This document shows positions 55,215 through 64,000 of a stretch of 64,000 nucleotides of DNA, piece by piece. The notes under the pieces are model-generated. The model was given only the letters and a program-made list of their open reading frames with translations, did no database searches and was not told the DNA's origin. The DNA is from an uncultured Gammaproteobacteria bacterium (GTDB lineage: Bacteria; Patescibacteriota; Patescibacteriia; Patescibacteriales; UBA12075). The DNA lies in assembly GCA_964459725.1 (NCBI GenBank), contig CAYWNT010000007.1, forward strand, positions 7,843 through 71,842, read 5' to 3'. Each line of letters begins with the position of its first letter. Position 1 is the first letter of the stretch. The position numbers and the translations under genes are program-made.

Positions 55215-56651
55215 ATGGCTACAAAAAAATTAAAAGTTTTAATGGCTTCAGCTGAGGTTGATCCATTTGCAAAGGCCGGAGGGATGGCAGATGTTGTTGG
55301 CAGTCTTCCGCCGGCATTAAAAAAACAGGGAACAGATATTAGGGTTATTATGCCGAAGTATGGTTTTATTGACGAGAAATACTTCGACAAGCTCAGCACA
55401 GGGAAATGTAAGTTAAAAAAAATCCATGAAAATATTGAGATTCCGAGTGGAGGTAAGTTTGTAAAAATAAATATTTGGGAAACTTCTCTACCGGGAAAGG
55501 GTGTTAAAGTTTATTTGATTGAAAATAAAAAATATTTAGGAGGAAAGGACATCTATGTTAATGGAGACAATGCTAAGAGGTTTTTATTTTTTTCTATTGC
55601 CGCACTCTACAGCTTGCCTGCATTAAAATTTAGTCCAGACATAGTTCATTGTCATGATTATCATACGGGGCTTATTCCGCTCTTGATAGAAAAAAGTGAT
55701 TTTACATATTTCAAAAACATAAAAACCGTTTATACGATTCATAATTTGAATTATCAGGGAAAGACAGAGTTTAAAACATTGGAAATTGCTAATTTAAAAA
55801 AGAAAGACTTAAAACTAGCTCCAAATAAAAAAACAGGAAAAGTTAATTTTATGGCCGAGGGCATAATTAGTGCAGATATAATAAATACAGTTAGCCCAAC
55901 ATACTCTAAGGAAATAATGACCAAGGAGTATGGAGCCGGCTTGGAGGGCTTACTCAGGAAGCACAAGAAAAAACTTACCGGAGTAGTAAATGGGATTGAT
56001 GTTGATTTTTTCAATCCAATGAAAGATAAGTTTATTAAGAAAAAATTTGGAGTGAAGTCTCTAGGCGGTAAAACTAAAAACAAATTACTATTACAAAAAG
56101 AGTTGGGCTTACCTCAGGATGAGAATACCCCAATTATTGGCCTGGTCTCAAGACTTGTTTATCAAAAAGGATTAGAGTTGATCACTGATGACATGATGAA
56201 AATGGATGCTCAATTTGTATTCTTGGGGACAGGACAAGATAAGTATGAAAAACTGCTTCAGGATTTAGAAAAAAAATATCCTCAAAAAGTAAGAGCTTTA
56301 ATAAAGTTTGATATTAGTCTGGCTCAGAGAATTTATGCCAGTTCCGATATGTTTTTGATGCCATCAAGGTATGAGCCATGCGGGCTAGGCCAGATGATTG
56401 CGATGAGATATGCTACAGTCCCAGTAGCTAGGCTAACCGGAGGTTTGGCTGACACTGTTGATGCGAAAGTCGGCTTTACATTTAGAAGTTCTACTGCGAG
56501 ATCTCTTAATATTTCTTTAAAGAAAGCAATAAAAACTTATAGCTCAAAAAAATGGCAAAGGATTCAAATGAATTGCATGAACAAAGATTTTTCCTGGAAT
56601 AAATCAGCTAAGGAATATTTAAGATTGTATAAAAAGAGTTTGAAAGTTTAG
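55215..56651 (+). CDS. glgA: glycogen/starch synthase (GT5), copy 2
   Basis: 478 aa. SAEVDPFAKAGGMADV and ..PSRYEPCGLGQM... Confidence 0.9.
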   Translation: MATKKLKVLMASAEVDPFAKAGGMADVVGSLPPALKKQGTDIRVIMPKYGFIDEKYFDKLSTGKCKLKKIHENIEIPSGGKFVKINIWETSLPGKGVKVYLIENKKYLGGKDIYVNGDNAKRFLFFSIAALYSLPALKFSPDIVHCHDYHTGLIPLLIEKSDFTYFKNIKTVYTIHNLNYQGKTEFKTLEIANLKKKDLKLAPNKKTGKVNFMAEGIISADIINTVSPTYSKEIMTKEYGAGLEGLLRKHKKKLTGVVNGIDVDFFNPMKDKFIKKKFGVKSLGGKTKNKLLLQKELGLPQDENTPIIGLVSRLVYQKGLELITDDMMKMDAQFVFLGTGQDKYEKLLQDLEKKYPQKVRALIKFDISLAQRIYASSDMFLMPSRYEPCGLGQMIAMRYATVPVARLTGGLADTVDAKVGFTFRSSTARSLNISLKKAIKTYSSKKWQRIQMNCMNKDFSWNKSAKEYLRLYKKSLKV

Positions 56652-56654
56652 GGG

Positions 56655-56683
56655 TTGCATTTATTTAGGTATTGTGATATAAT
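56655..56683 (+). promoter_or_regulatory. near-consensus sigma70 promoter
   Basis: TTGCAT (56655-56660), 17-nt spacer, TATAAT (56678-56683). Confidence 0.6.
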
Positions 56684-56745
56684 AAGTCTAGTATATAAAA
56701 CTATTCATTAAGATTACAAAGTAAAAAAAATAGGGAGGTGCCTTA

Positions 56746-57078
56746 ATGAAACTTTTATCAATTTTTGGAAGAAAACTTGCAGCCACACAAAACAAGGATG
56801 TTCTTAGTTCTTGTCCGTATTCTAAGAGATGTGACAAGAAGTTTGCTGGTAATTGCCAAAGAGATTTGGCCCATACCCAAGCTCTGTTGGATAAAGAAAA
56901 AGAGCGTATAAAGGCGGAAAATTATGGTTTGTCGGATTTTGATATCTTGATAATGGCACACCAGAAAGTGGTACTTGATTCTTGCGGCAAGGAGATGGAT
57001 CCAATGGTTTTTTTGCCAGGCGGCAAAGTTCAAAAATGTTCCAGGAGATTTTCTTCTGAACAGCAACAAGTAGCATAA
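56746..57078 (+). CDS. hypothetical Cys-containing small protein
   Basis: 110 aa with GGGAGG SD. Flanked by its own promoter and terminator. Confidence 0.6.
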   Translation: MKLLSIFGRKLAATQNKDVLSSCPYSKRCDKKFAGNCQRDLAHTQALLDKEKERIKAENYGLSDFDILIMAHQKVVLDSCGKEMDPMVFLPGGKVQKCSRRFSSEQQQVA

Positions 57079-57098
57079 AAATATTGCTACCAAAAACT

Positions 57099-57140
57099 CA
57101 AGAGGGGATGAGCTAAGCTTATCCCCTCTTTTCTTTTTGA
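57099..57140 (+). terminator. intrinsic terminator
   Basis: 10-bp stem aagaggggat/atcccctctt followed by a T-rich run. Confidence 0.8.
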
Positions 57141-57202
57141 CAAAAGAAAAGTTTTAGAATATTATTTAAGAGTGAATAATTAAATATTTTGATACAAATT
57201 TT

Positions 57203-58513
57203 ATGCAAAATAAAACAGTTAATATTCCAATTTCAGAAGCAGATCCGGAAGTACATCAGTGTATTGTTGATGAGCTAGAAAGACAAAGAAATGGACTTGA
57301 AATGATTCCGAGTGAGTCATATGTATCACCTGCTGTACTTCGGGCCATGGGATCAATCTTTACAGATAAATACAGCGAGGGTTATCCATACAAGAGATAT
57401 TATGGAGGACAAGAGAATACTGACAAGCTCGAAACAATTGCTATTGAGAGAGCGAAGGAGTTATTTGGAGTAAGCCACGCCAATGTGCAGCCTTACTCTG
57501 GAAGTCCGGCCAATATGGCAGTGTACACTGCGCTTTGTGAGCCAGGAGACACTATTATGGGAATGGACTTGCGTCATGGAGGACACCTAACACACGGTTG
57601 GAAGGTGAATTTCAGTGCGAAGTTTTTTAACAGCATTCCTTATGGTACTACAAAAGAAGGTTATATAGATTTCGATCAGGTAAGAGAGTTAGCGAAAAAG
57701 GAAAAACCAAAATTGATTTGGGCTGGAGCTACTGCCTACCCAAGAGAATATGACTATAAAGCATTTGCTGAAATCGCAAAGGAGGTTGGTGCTTTTTTTG
57801 CCGCTGATATTGCCCATGTTATTGGACTCATTATCGCTGGTGTTCACGCTTCTCCGGTTGGTCATGCTGATGTGGTCACTTCCACAACTCATAAAACCTT
57901 GCGTGGACCACGTGCGGGGATTATACTTTGTGATGGAGAAGAAAGTAATGCCCTAAAACCTGCTCCGGAAGTTAGTAAAAAGTATCTACCAACTCTAATT
58001 GACAGAGCAATCTTCCCTGGACTTCAGGGTGGACCACATGAGCATATCATTGCTGGTATGGCTGTGGCTTTAAAAGAAGCTGGCACTGAAGAATTTAGAA
58101 AAAGTAATAAGTTGATAGTTGAAACAAACAAAAGGTTGGCTGAAATATTTCTGGAAAATGGATTTAGTTTGGTTACTGGAGGTACTGATAATCACTTAAT
58201 ACTGATGGATGTGACCAACAAGAACATGACAGGGCAAGAAGCAGAAGAAGCTCTGGATAAAATCGGACTTTCAGTAAATAAAAATGCAATTCCACACGAC
58301 CCTCGACCGCCGTATTCACCTTCTGGTATTAGATTGGGTACACCATGCGCTGTTATCAGAGGAATGGAAGTACCGGAAATAGAAATAATTGGAAAAGCTA
58401 TTTCAGACACCTTGAACGATCCTACAAGCAGTGAAGTGATTGAAAAAAACAAGAAAATAATTCATGAGCTTTGCTTGAACTTTCCATTATATCCTGATAG
58501 AGAAGTAGTTTAA
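57203..58513 (+). CDS. glyA: serine hydroxymethyltransferase
   Basis: 436 aa. ..VTSTTHKTLRGPRAG.. PLP-lysine motif. Confidence 0.95.
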   Translation: MQNKTVNIPISEADPEVHQCIVDELERQRNGLEMIPSESYVSPAVLRAMGSIFTDKYSEGYPYKRYYGGQENTDKLETIAIERAKELFGVSHANVQPYSGSPANMAVYTALCEPGDTIMGMDLRHGGHLTHGWKVNFSAKFFNSIPYGTTKEGYIDFDQVRELAKKEKPKLIWAGATAYPREYDYKAFAEIAKEVGAFFAADIAHVIGLIIAGVHASPVGHADVVTSTTHKTLRGPRAGIILCDGEESNALKPAPEVSKKYLPTLIDRAIFPGLQGGPHEHIIAGMAVALKEAGTEEFRKSNKLIVETNKRLAEIFLENGFSLVTGGTDNHLILMDVTNKNMTGQEAEEALDKIGLSVNKNAIPHDPRPPYSPSGIRLGTPCAVIRGMEVPEIEIIGKAISDTLNDPTSSEVIEKNKKIIHELCLNFPLYPDREVV

Positions 58514-58537
58514 TTTTTTATCCCTATTCTAAATAGA

Positions 58538-58568
58538 AAAAGACAAGTGTTATGCCTTGTCTTTTTTG
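58538..58568 (+). terminator. intrinsic terminator after glyA
   Basis: Stem aagacaag/cttgtctt followed by a T-run. Confidence 0.75.
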
Positions 58569-58908
58569 TTTTTTAAAAAAATTCGAGCACGTGGTCGTTT
58601 TGACTACGTGCTCGTTGTTGACGATAATGCGGATTATAGAGAAATTTTCTCAAATATTCAGTTTTGGTTTCCTTGGAAGGAATATGAATAATGTGAAAAT
58701 TTCTCTTTTGTAAACTGCTAAATAATTTAAACCTGTAATTTTCTCAAAAATTAACATAAGATAATACAATGAAGTAAGATGATATGTTGTGTGATTTTGG
58801 AAAATAACGAGTTTGTTTTAATTTATCAGTTGTACGGAATTTCTTTTTTCTCTTTTGTATTTTTTTAATTTGTAGAAAATAGATGTTCCGCATTTTTGCC
58901 TTTTTGAT

Positions 58909-58979
58909 ATTCGCTAGTTTGATTTTGCATGAGACGTTTGATTTTAGCCCCTCGCGGGGCATAAATCAAACTAGCGAAT
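58909..58979. repeat. 71-bp compound hairpin: 17-bp perfect inverted repeat (58909-58925 / 58963-58979) enclosing the GC hairpin gcccc-tcgc-ggggc
   Basis: attcgctagtttgattt ... aaatcaaactagcgaat. An internal second copy of gtttgatttt allows alternative pairing. Confidence 0.85.
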
Positions 58980-59150
58980 TTGAAAAGACAATTTATTTAG
59001 AAATAACTATAATCTATATAAAATTAAAGTATATAGTATTATAGCACAACCACAGAAAAAGTCAATAGCGATTAATAATAATTTATTTAATGTTAGCAAA
59101 ATAATATGTTGTGATTTGCTTTATTTTACTGAAAAATATACAATAATATT

Positions 59151-60191
59151 ATGGAATTCTCAACTTTTAATAAAAACGATGAAGAAAGGCTTATAAATGC
59201 TTCTGAAATTAACGATGATAAGAAGCTTGATTTAACTTTGCGTCCAAAAACGCTGGAAGAATATATTGGGCAAGAAAAGATAAAGAAAAATATAAATATT
59301 GCGATTAAAGCCGCAAAAAAACGAGAAGAAGCAATTGAACATATATTACTCTATGGTGCACCAGGACTGGGCAAGACTACTTTAGCTCATATTATTGCCA
59401 ACGAGTCTGGGACTAATATCAAAGTTACTTCTGGTCCAGCAATTGAAAAGAGCGGAGACTTGGCGGCAATACTTACTAACTTGGCAGAGGGTGATATTTT
59501 ATTTATTGATGAAATACATAGACTGAATAAGTCTATTGAGGAAATACTTTATCCAGCCATGGAGGACTATGCCCTGGATATCATCATTGGTAAGGGTCCA
59601 TCAGCTCGAACTCTCAGGATCGATCTTCCTCGTATTACTATTATCGGCGCTACTACCAAGGCGAGCATGCTTAGCGCACCTCTCCGGGACAGGTTTGGTA
59701 TTATTCATCATCTGAATTTTTATGAAAATGATGATATTGAAAAGATAATTTCCCGAAGTGCTGAAATTCTAAATGTAAATACTTGTGAAAAATCTTCAAA
59801 GAGTATAGCCCAGAGATCTAGAAGAACTCCACGGGTGGCGAACAGGCTCTTGAAGCGTGTTCGTGACTATGCTGATGTTGAAGCTGAAGGAGAAATCAAT
59901 CATAAAGTCTGTCAGGACTCCTTTAAGATGCTTGAGGTGGATGAGCTTGGCCTTGATTGGATTGATAGAAATATCATGGAAATAATAATAGATAAGTTTG
60001 AGGGTGGGCCGGTCGGCTTGAACACTATAGCAGCAGCCACAGGAGAAGATATGTCTACCATTGAGGACGTCTATGAACCGTATCTAATGCAGCTTGGATT
60101 CCTAAATCGCTCTCCGCGAGGTAGGATAGTAACTGATATTGCTTATAAACATTTAGGTAAAAAGAAAAAAGGACAAGGAAAGATGGTTTAG
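59151..60191 (+). CDS. ruvB: Holliday junction branch-migration helicase RuvB
   Basis: 346 aa. Walker [12 protein letters not shown], Walker [10 protein letters not shown], sensor ..[15 protein letters not shown]... Confidence 0.95.
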   Translation: MEFSTFNKNDEERLINASEINDDKKLDLTLRPKTLEEYIGQEKIKKNINIAIKAAKKREEAIEHILLYGAPGLGKTTLAHIIANESGTNIKVTSGPAIEKSGDLAAILTNLAEGDILFIDEIHRLNKSIEEILYPAMEDYALDIIIGKGPSARTLRIDLPRITIIGATTKASMLSAPLRDRFGIIHHLNFYENDDIEKIISRSAEILNVNTCEKSSKSIAQRSRRTPRVANRLLKRVRDYADVEAEGEINHKVCQDSFKMLEVDELGLDWIDRNIMEIIIDKFEGGPVGLNTIAAATGEDMSTIEDVYEPYLMQLGFLNRSPRGRIVTDIAYKHLGKKKKGQGKMV

Positions 60192-60222
60192 TGCTTAAAT
60201 AAATTATTAGGATACAATAATA

Positions 60223-60552
60223 ATGAAAACAACAGACATAAACAAAAAAGAATTATCTGATATCTCTAGGGAGCAGGGAAAAAAATTAGGATATTTAATT
60301 TATAATTCAACTCTTACGGATGAAATAAAACAGGAATTACTTGCGTTACTTTCTGAGATGAGTATTGAGCAGATTGATAAATTGATTAATATTTTTGATG
60401 CGAAATTATTGGATGAGGATACGGGTAAGATAGATAAAGATTTTGAGAAGGAAATAAAAGAAATAAGAGAGAGTTTCGAGAATGATAAAAAAAATTTGAG
60501 TGATAACTTTTTATTATCTGTGGAAGAGTTAGGTAAAAAAATAGATCTATAA
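60223..60552 (+). CDS. hypothetical helical protein
   Basis: 109 aa, charged and coiled-coil-like. Confidence 0.5.
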   Translation: MKTTDINKKELSDISREQGKKLGYLIYNSTLTDEIKQELLALLSEMSIEQIDKLINIFDAKLLDEDTGKIDKDFEKEIKEIRESFENDKKNLSDNFLLSVEELGKKIDL

Positions 60553-60555
60553 AGT

Positions 60556-60720
60556 ATGAATAATTCAAACAAAGCACAAGAAATTAATAAAATATACGAG
60601 AATTGTATAAAAGAATTGGAAAAAATTGGAAGTGAAAGAGATAGTAAAATTTTAGCTATTATAAAGACAATCGAAAAAAGAAATATTCAAAAAATTAGAG
60701 ATGAATTATTTTATGAATAA
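60556..60720 (+). CDS. small helical protein (54 aa), below the ORF-track cutoff
   Basis: MNNSNKAQEINKIYENCIKELEKIGSERDSKILAIIKTIEKRNIQKIRDELFYE. Starts 3 nt after the previous stop and overlaps the next start by 8 nt. Confidence 0.45.
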   Translation: MNNSNKAQEINKIYENCIKELEKIGSERDSKILAIIKTIEKRNIQKIRDELFYE

Positions 60721-63700
60721 TGAGGACATGAAAAATGGAAATGAAGCTCTTTCGGTTGAAGAAATTCAGGAAGGCTTAAATCATGCTGAGGAAAGTTTTG
60801 AATTAACACAAAAATATCAAAAGCAGATTAATAAGAAAAAAGAAGAGTCTGAAAAAATGGGTGATCATTATGAAGATATGGTTGTAAATAATTCAGAAGC
60901 CACAGAAGATGAAAAAAACGAAGCAAAAGAAGTAAACACAGATGCAAAAATAAAAATACAAGAAGCAAGAAATGCCGCAAAAAAATTATTTTTAGATTTT
61001 TCAAAAGTTGAGCGGGCGCTTAGGGCGGGCGCTGTTGATGATTATAAAAATGATGAGAAATATAAAGAAGTTCATGAGAGATGGAAAAATTCTCAAGCAG
61101 TTCTAAAAGAGTTAAACATTGAGTCCGCAGCATTACGTAAAAAATTTAATATTTTGAACAATAAAAGAAATGAGTTATTGTTGGACAACAGGAATTCATC
61201 TGAAAAAATAAAAGAATTTCAGGAAAATGAAAAGCAATTATCTAAAGTTAGACTTGAATTAGAAAGAATAGGTGAAGAAAGTAGTGTTCTAAAATTAGAA
61301 AATCAAGAACTTAACGGAGAGAACGAGAAAAAAGATAGGAGTGATAAAAAAGAAAAAGGTGTAAATAGAGATAATATTGTTGATGAGAATAGAGAAGGTG
61401 AAACTTTGGAGTCTAAAAGGGCAACCAAAGAAGTGTCTGAAAATGAAAATTTGAAACAAAAATTAAAAGAAGTATTATCGAACAAAGAAAGCAGGAATCA
61501 AATACTTAAAACTATAGGAAAAACATCTCTAAGTAGCGCAGCGTCGATAGCTGGTGTTAAAGGTTTTTATGATGTGCCAGCTTATTTTAAACAAAAGTTA
61601 GGCGTTGTTAAAGATAAAAAAGAGTATAAAGAAATTTTTAGTGATTTAGTTTTGGAAGAAAAAAGAGAAGAACTAGATTCAAAAGCAGAAGATGGGGCAT
61701 TGGTTAGAATTTCTGAATATATTGATTTAGATAAAATAAGCGAAATGGAGGGCAAGATTGAAGCAATGGATGCTACTGAAGACACAAAGAATGAATTAAT
61801 GGAAGAATTGAATGCACTTGTAGAAAATTACAATCAAGAAATGGAATCCATACAGAGTGGAGAGAATGATAAAATTACCTCAACTTTAGATAAATACGTA
61901 AAAACAAAAATTTCCGGAGTTCAGGCTACAAGAGAAGGCTTGAATACTCTCTTCGTAGCAAGCGGAGCGTATGCTTTGCGTGGGGTGTCATATGGGGCCT
62001 TAGCCTTGCATGAAAGACATCAAAAATTAAAACAAGAAGCAGGAGCAGGGGGTGAAGTGAATTTTATCAAGGATACAATTTTAAAAGGAGCTCAAGAAAC
62101 ATTTCAAGAATTAGCTTTCAGGGGAGAGGGAACTAAGTTGCAAAAGAGCTTAAAAGCTATTAAATCATTTGGTAGTTTGGCTCGATTTACTGGAATTACG
62201 AAAACTATGTTTTCGGCCCCCGAAAATTATGATCAAGCAATTGAAAAATTATTGGACACATTGGATGGAGATTCTGATTGGAGTAAAGTTGGAAGAAATT
62301 TTGTACAGAATATAGAGAGAATGATTCCTTTTGTGGGTGATGCAAAAGGAGCTGAAATTAATGATAGTGAGAATGTTGTGGATGTAACAGAAGGAATGAC
62401 AGAGCGACAAATAGAACAGTTCAAAACATTTAAAAATTGGGCAAAAGAGATGAATGCAGAAAGTGTTTTTAGTGATAGAGAATTGGCTAGTATGGAAATT
62501 TATGGAGGAAGAGTAGATAAGGCTCATGAGCTTTTTGAGTCCAAAGCGCAACTTAGATTATTGAAAAAATTTTCACAAAATTATGCTGAAGAAGGTGAGA
62601 TATCAAATTGGGTTGATAAGGATGGCTTTGTGCATGTGAAATGTGAGAATGAAGGAGTGGTATATGAGACTATAACAGATGGTAATGAAAATTTAGTTAG
62701 CGAAGAGTTGACCGGAAAAGTTAGGGGCGCGAGATGGGATCACAAAAGTAAAGGTTGGGTTGGTGGTGATATTTCCAAGGAGGAATTAGCAACTAAAAGA
62801 ATTGAACGATTACAATATGAAAAAGATAACGGGGTTATTCGCGTAAAAGGAGAATATATTAGCGGAGATGATCCTGGATTAGACGCTGTTCTTGGTGAAG
62901 ATGAAAAGGCTATCGATTTAACAAAAATTAAATTAAATCCTGATCAGCAAGAAATGTACGATAAACTAATGGAAGATGCTAGTAAAAACAATTTATCCGT
63001 AACAGAAGATGATATTCTTCAGACGGTGTTAAATGATGATAAGGAGAATTTAGTAGACCTTACAGATCAAAAAACTGAGATTAATTTAGATTCTGAACAA
63101 ATTAATATTGATAAAATTGAGGTAAAAAGTGGCGATACTTTATGGGGCATAGTTGGCGGAATGAAGGAGATAGAGGGATTATCTGATGAAGCCAAGAAAA
63201 ATGTTATAGCAAATATTATCGCAGTTATAGAAAAAAATCCAGAAGAATATGGTTTTGATGCAGGGCAGAATATTGAAGAATTAAATATTGGGCAAGAGTT
63301 GAATATTGGTAAATTTAAAGATGTTTTAGAAAATGAAAAAATTAATGGAGAAGGATTAGTTGAGCATGCTAAAAATATAACTGTTAATAATAATGATGAG
63401 GTTTTTGAACAAGCCGAGGAAATATCTCCAGAATCTCAGCCTAAAGGTGGTGAAGATATCAAAAAGGACATTCTCGTTGAAGATGAATTAAGCCAAGAAG
63501 GTAATAAATTAGTAGAAGGTTCAGTTCTAAACAAGGGAGGCGCATATGAAATGACAATAACTAAAATGAATTCAGGTGAAAGTTTTGAGATGACAGATAA
63601 ACAAGGCACGGTTTTTAGAGTAAAATCTTTTGGAAATGGAGTTTATAAATATGACAGTGGTGGTACTGAGTTACTAGATGGAGCAGTAAGGATTGAAAAT

Positions 63701-64000
63701 GGAAAATTGGAACCCTTGCATAATTATGCAGAAAGTGATAAACAAATTTTAAGATTTAAAAAGTTTTTAACTCCAGACGTACAACAGCGTATTAAAGAAG
63801 TAAATATAGAAGACAGAGATTATGATTTTTATCATTCGTTGAATGAGGCTATTAATAAGATAGACAGACTGAAAACCGAAGAAATTGGTAATGGTTTAGT
63901 AAAAATTAGTTTTATAGATGATAATGGTTATGAGAATGAAAGCTTATTAAAGCTTGGTAAGGATGTACAGATTGTTGAATCTGTTGATGCTCCAGGATCT
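60713..64000 (+). CDS. giant hypothetical protein, 5' part (at least 1,096 codons, open at window end): coiled-coil N-terminus, hydrophobic segments, LysM-like segment
   Basis: Hand-read frame from ATG 60713 has no stop through 64000. Not in the ORF track (no stop in the window); only short antisense ORFs are listed there. VKSGDTLWGI..LNIGQELNI lies at about 63115-63315. Confidence 0.75.
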   Translation, partial: MNNEDMKNGNEALSVEEIQEGLNHAEESFELTQKYQKQINKKKEESEKMGDHYEDMVVNNSEATEDEKNEAKEVNTDAKIKIQEARNAAKKLFLDFSKVERALRAGAVDDYKNDEKYKEVHERWKNSQAVLKELNIESAALRKKFNILNNKRNELLLDNRNSSEKIKEFQENEKQLSKVRLELERIGEESSVLKLENQELNGENEKKDRSDKKEKGVNRDNIVDENREGETLESKRATKEVSENENLKQKLKEVLSNKESRNQILKTIGKTSLSSAASIAGVKGFYDVPAYFKQKLGVVKDKKEYKEIFSDLVLEEKREELDSKAEDGALVRISEYIDLDKISEMEGKIEAMDATEDTKNELMEELNALVENYNQEMESIQSGENDKITSTLDKYVKTKISGVQATREGLNTLFVASGAYALRGVSYGALALHERHQKLKQEAGAGGEVNFIKDTILKGAQETFQELAFRGEGTKLQKSLKAIKSFGSLARFTGITKTMFSAPENYDQAIEKLLDTLDGDSDWSKVGRNFVQNIERMIPFVGDAKGAEINDSENVVDVTEGMTERQIEQFKTFKNWAKEMNAESVFSDRELASMEIYGGRVDKAHELFESKAQLRLLKKFSQNYAEEGEISNWVDKDGFVHVKCENEGVVYETITDGNENLVSEELTGKVRGARWDHKSKGWVGGDISKEELATKRIERLQYEKDNGVIRVKGEYISGDDPGLDAVLGEDEKAIDLTKIKLNPDQQEMYDKLMEDASKNNLSVTEDDILQTVLNDDKENLVDLTDQKTEINLDSEQINIDKIEVKSGDTLWGIVGGMKEIEGLSDEAKKNVIANIIAVIEKNPEEYGFDAGQNIEELNIGQELNIGKFKDVLENEKINGEGLVEHAKNITVNNNDEVFEQAEEISPESQPKGGEDIKKDILVEDELSQEGNKLVEGSVLNKGGAYEMTITKMNSGESFEMTDKQGTVFRVKSFGNGVYKYDSGGTELLDGAVRIENGKLEPLHNYAESDKQILRFKKFLTPDVQQRIKEVNIEDRDYDFYHSLNEAINKIDRLKTEEIGNGLVKISFIDDNGYENESLLKLGKDVQIVESVDAPGS

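Noticed and set aside
58744-58962. 72-aa minus-strand ORF in the glyA-ruvB gap.
   Set aside because: Its start codon lies inside the GC clamp of the compound hairpin. It has no SD and a Lys-rich low-complexity translation.
58781-59119. Short direct repeat atatgttgtg(tg)attt at about 58783 and about 59105, as possible element boundaries.
   Set aside because: Only 10-14 nt are shared and they are imperfect. In AT-rich DNA of this length such matches are expected by chance.
61303-62551. Five minus-strand ORFs of 60-100 aa.
   Set aside because: They are antisense to the long uninterrupted plus-strand frame. Their Ser/Leu/Phe-rich translations are the complement of its Glu/Lys-rich codons.

Overview
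The window is AT-rich and densely packed with short genes. The gene content resembles a small-genome Patescibacteria/CPR-like bacterium (inference only): VirB2/TrbC-like pilin, lamin-tail-domain surface protein, archaeal-type PGI/PMI, GH57, and many orphan small proteins. The standard genetic code fits, because TGA ends normal-length genes.

Recognisable content, in order:
- A minus-strand metal operon: CsoR-like repressor, HMA/DsbD_2/cupredoxin membrane protein, 4Fe-4S protein, CopA, then a two-CW-like gene. Upstream of it (higher coordinates) sits an OmpR-type regulator plus a cytoplasmic GAF/PAS histidine kinase.
- ychF, smpB immediately followed by tmRNA, mutM, and a LysM/M23 peptidase.
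- Envelope glycan genes: GT2, EamA, GT1, Wzx-like flippase, a GH-A hydrolase and a ROK kinase.
- ftsK, yebC-ruvC, a two-glgA/GH57/kinase/PHP alpha-glucan block, glyA and ruvB.
- A giant ORF of more than 1,096 codons that runs off the 3' end.
- Seven tRNA genes (Leu, Gly, Glu, Ala, Lys, Met, Arg).

Most interesting observations:
1. A nine-gene orphan block at 10.0-15.9 kb contains a ThsB/TIR-like protein, a two-TM protein with a C-terminal alpha/beta domain, and paralogous mini membrane proteins. It is a candidate nucleotide-signalling conflict module.
2. At five tRNA loci a decayed partial copy of the tRNA's own end, usually with a GC-rich hairpin, lies within 0-330 bp of the gene. One 24-nt hairpin element is shared between two of these loci.
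3. Several long perfect palindromes or inverted repeats occur, and there are runs of monocistronic small genes with near-consensus promoters.

All calls come from reading the sequence and the ORF track by eye; no searches were run.
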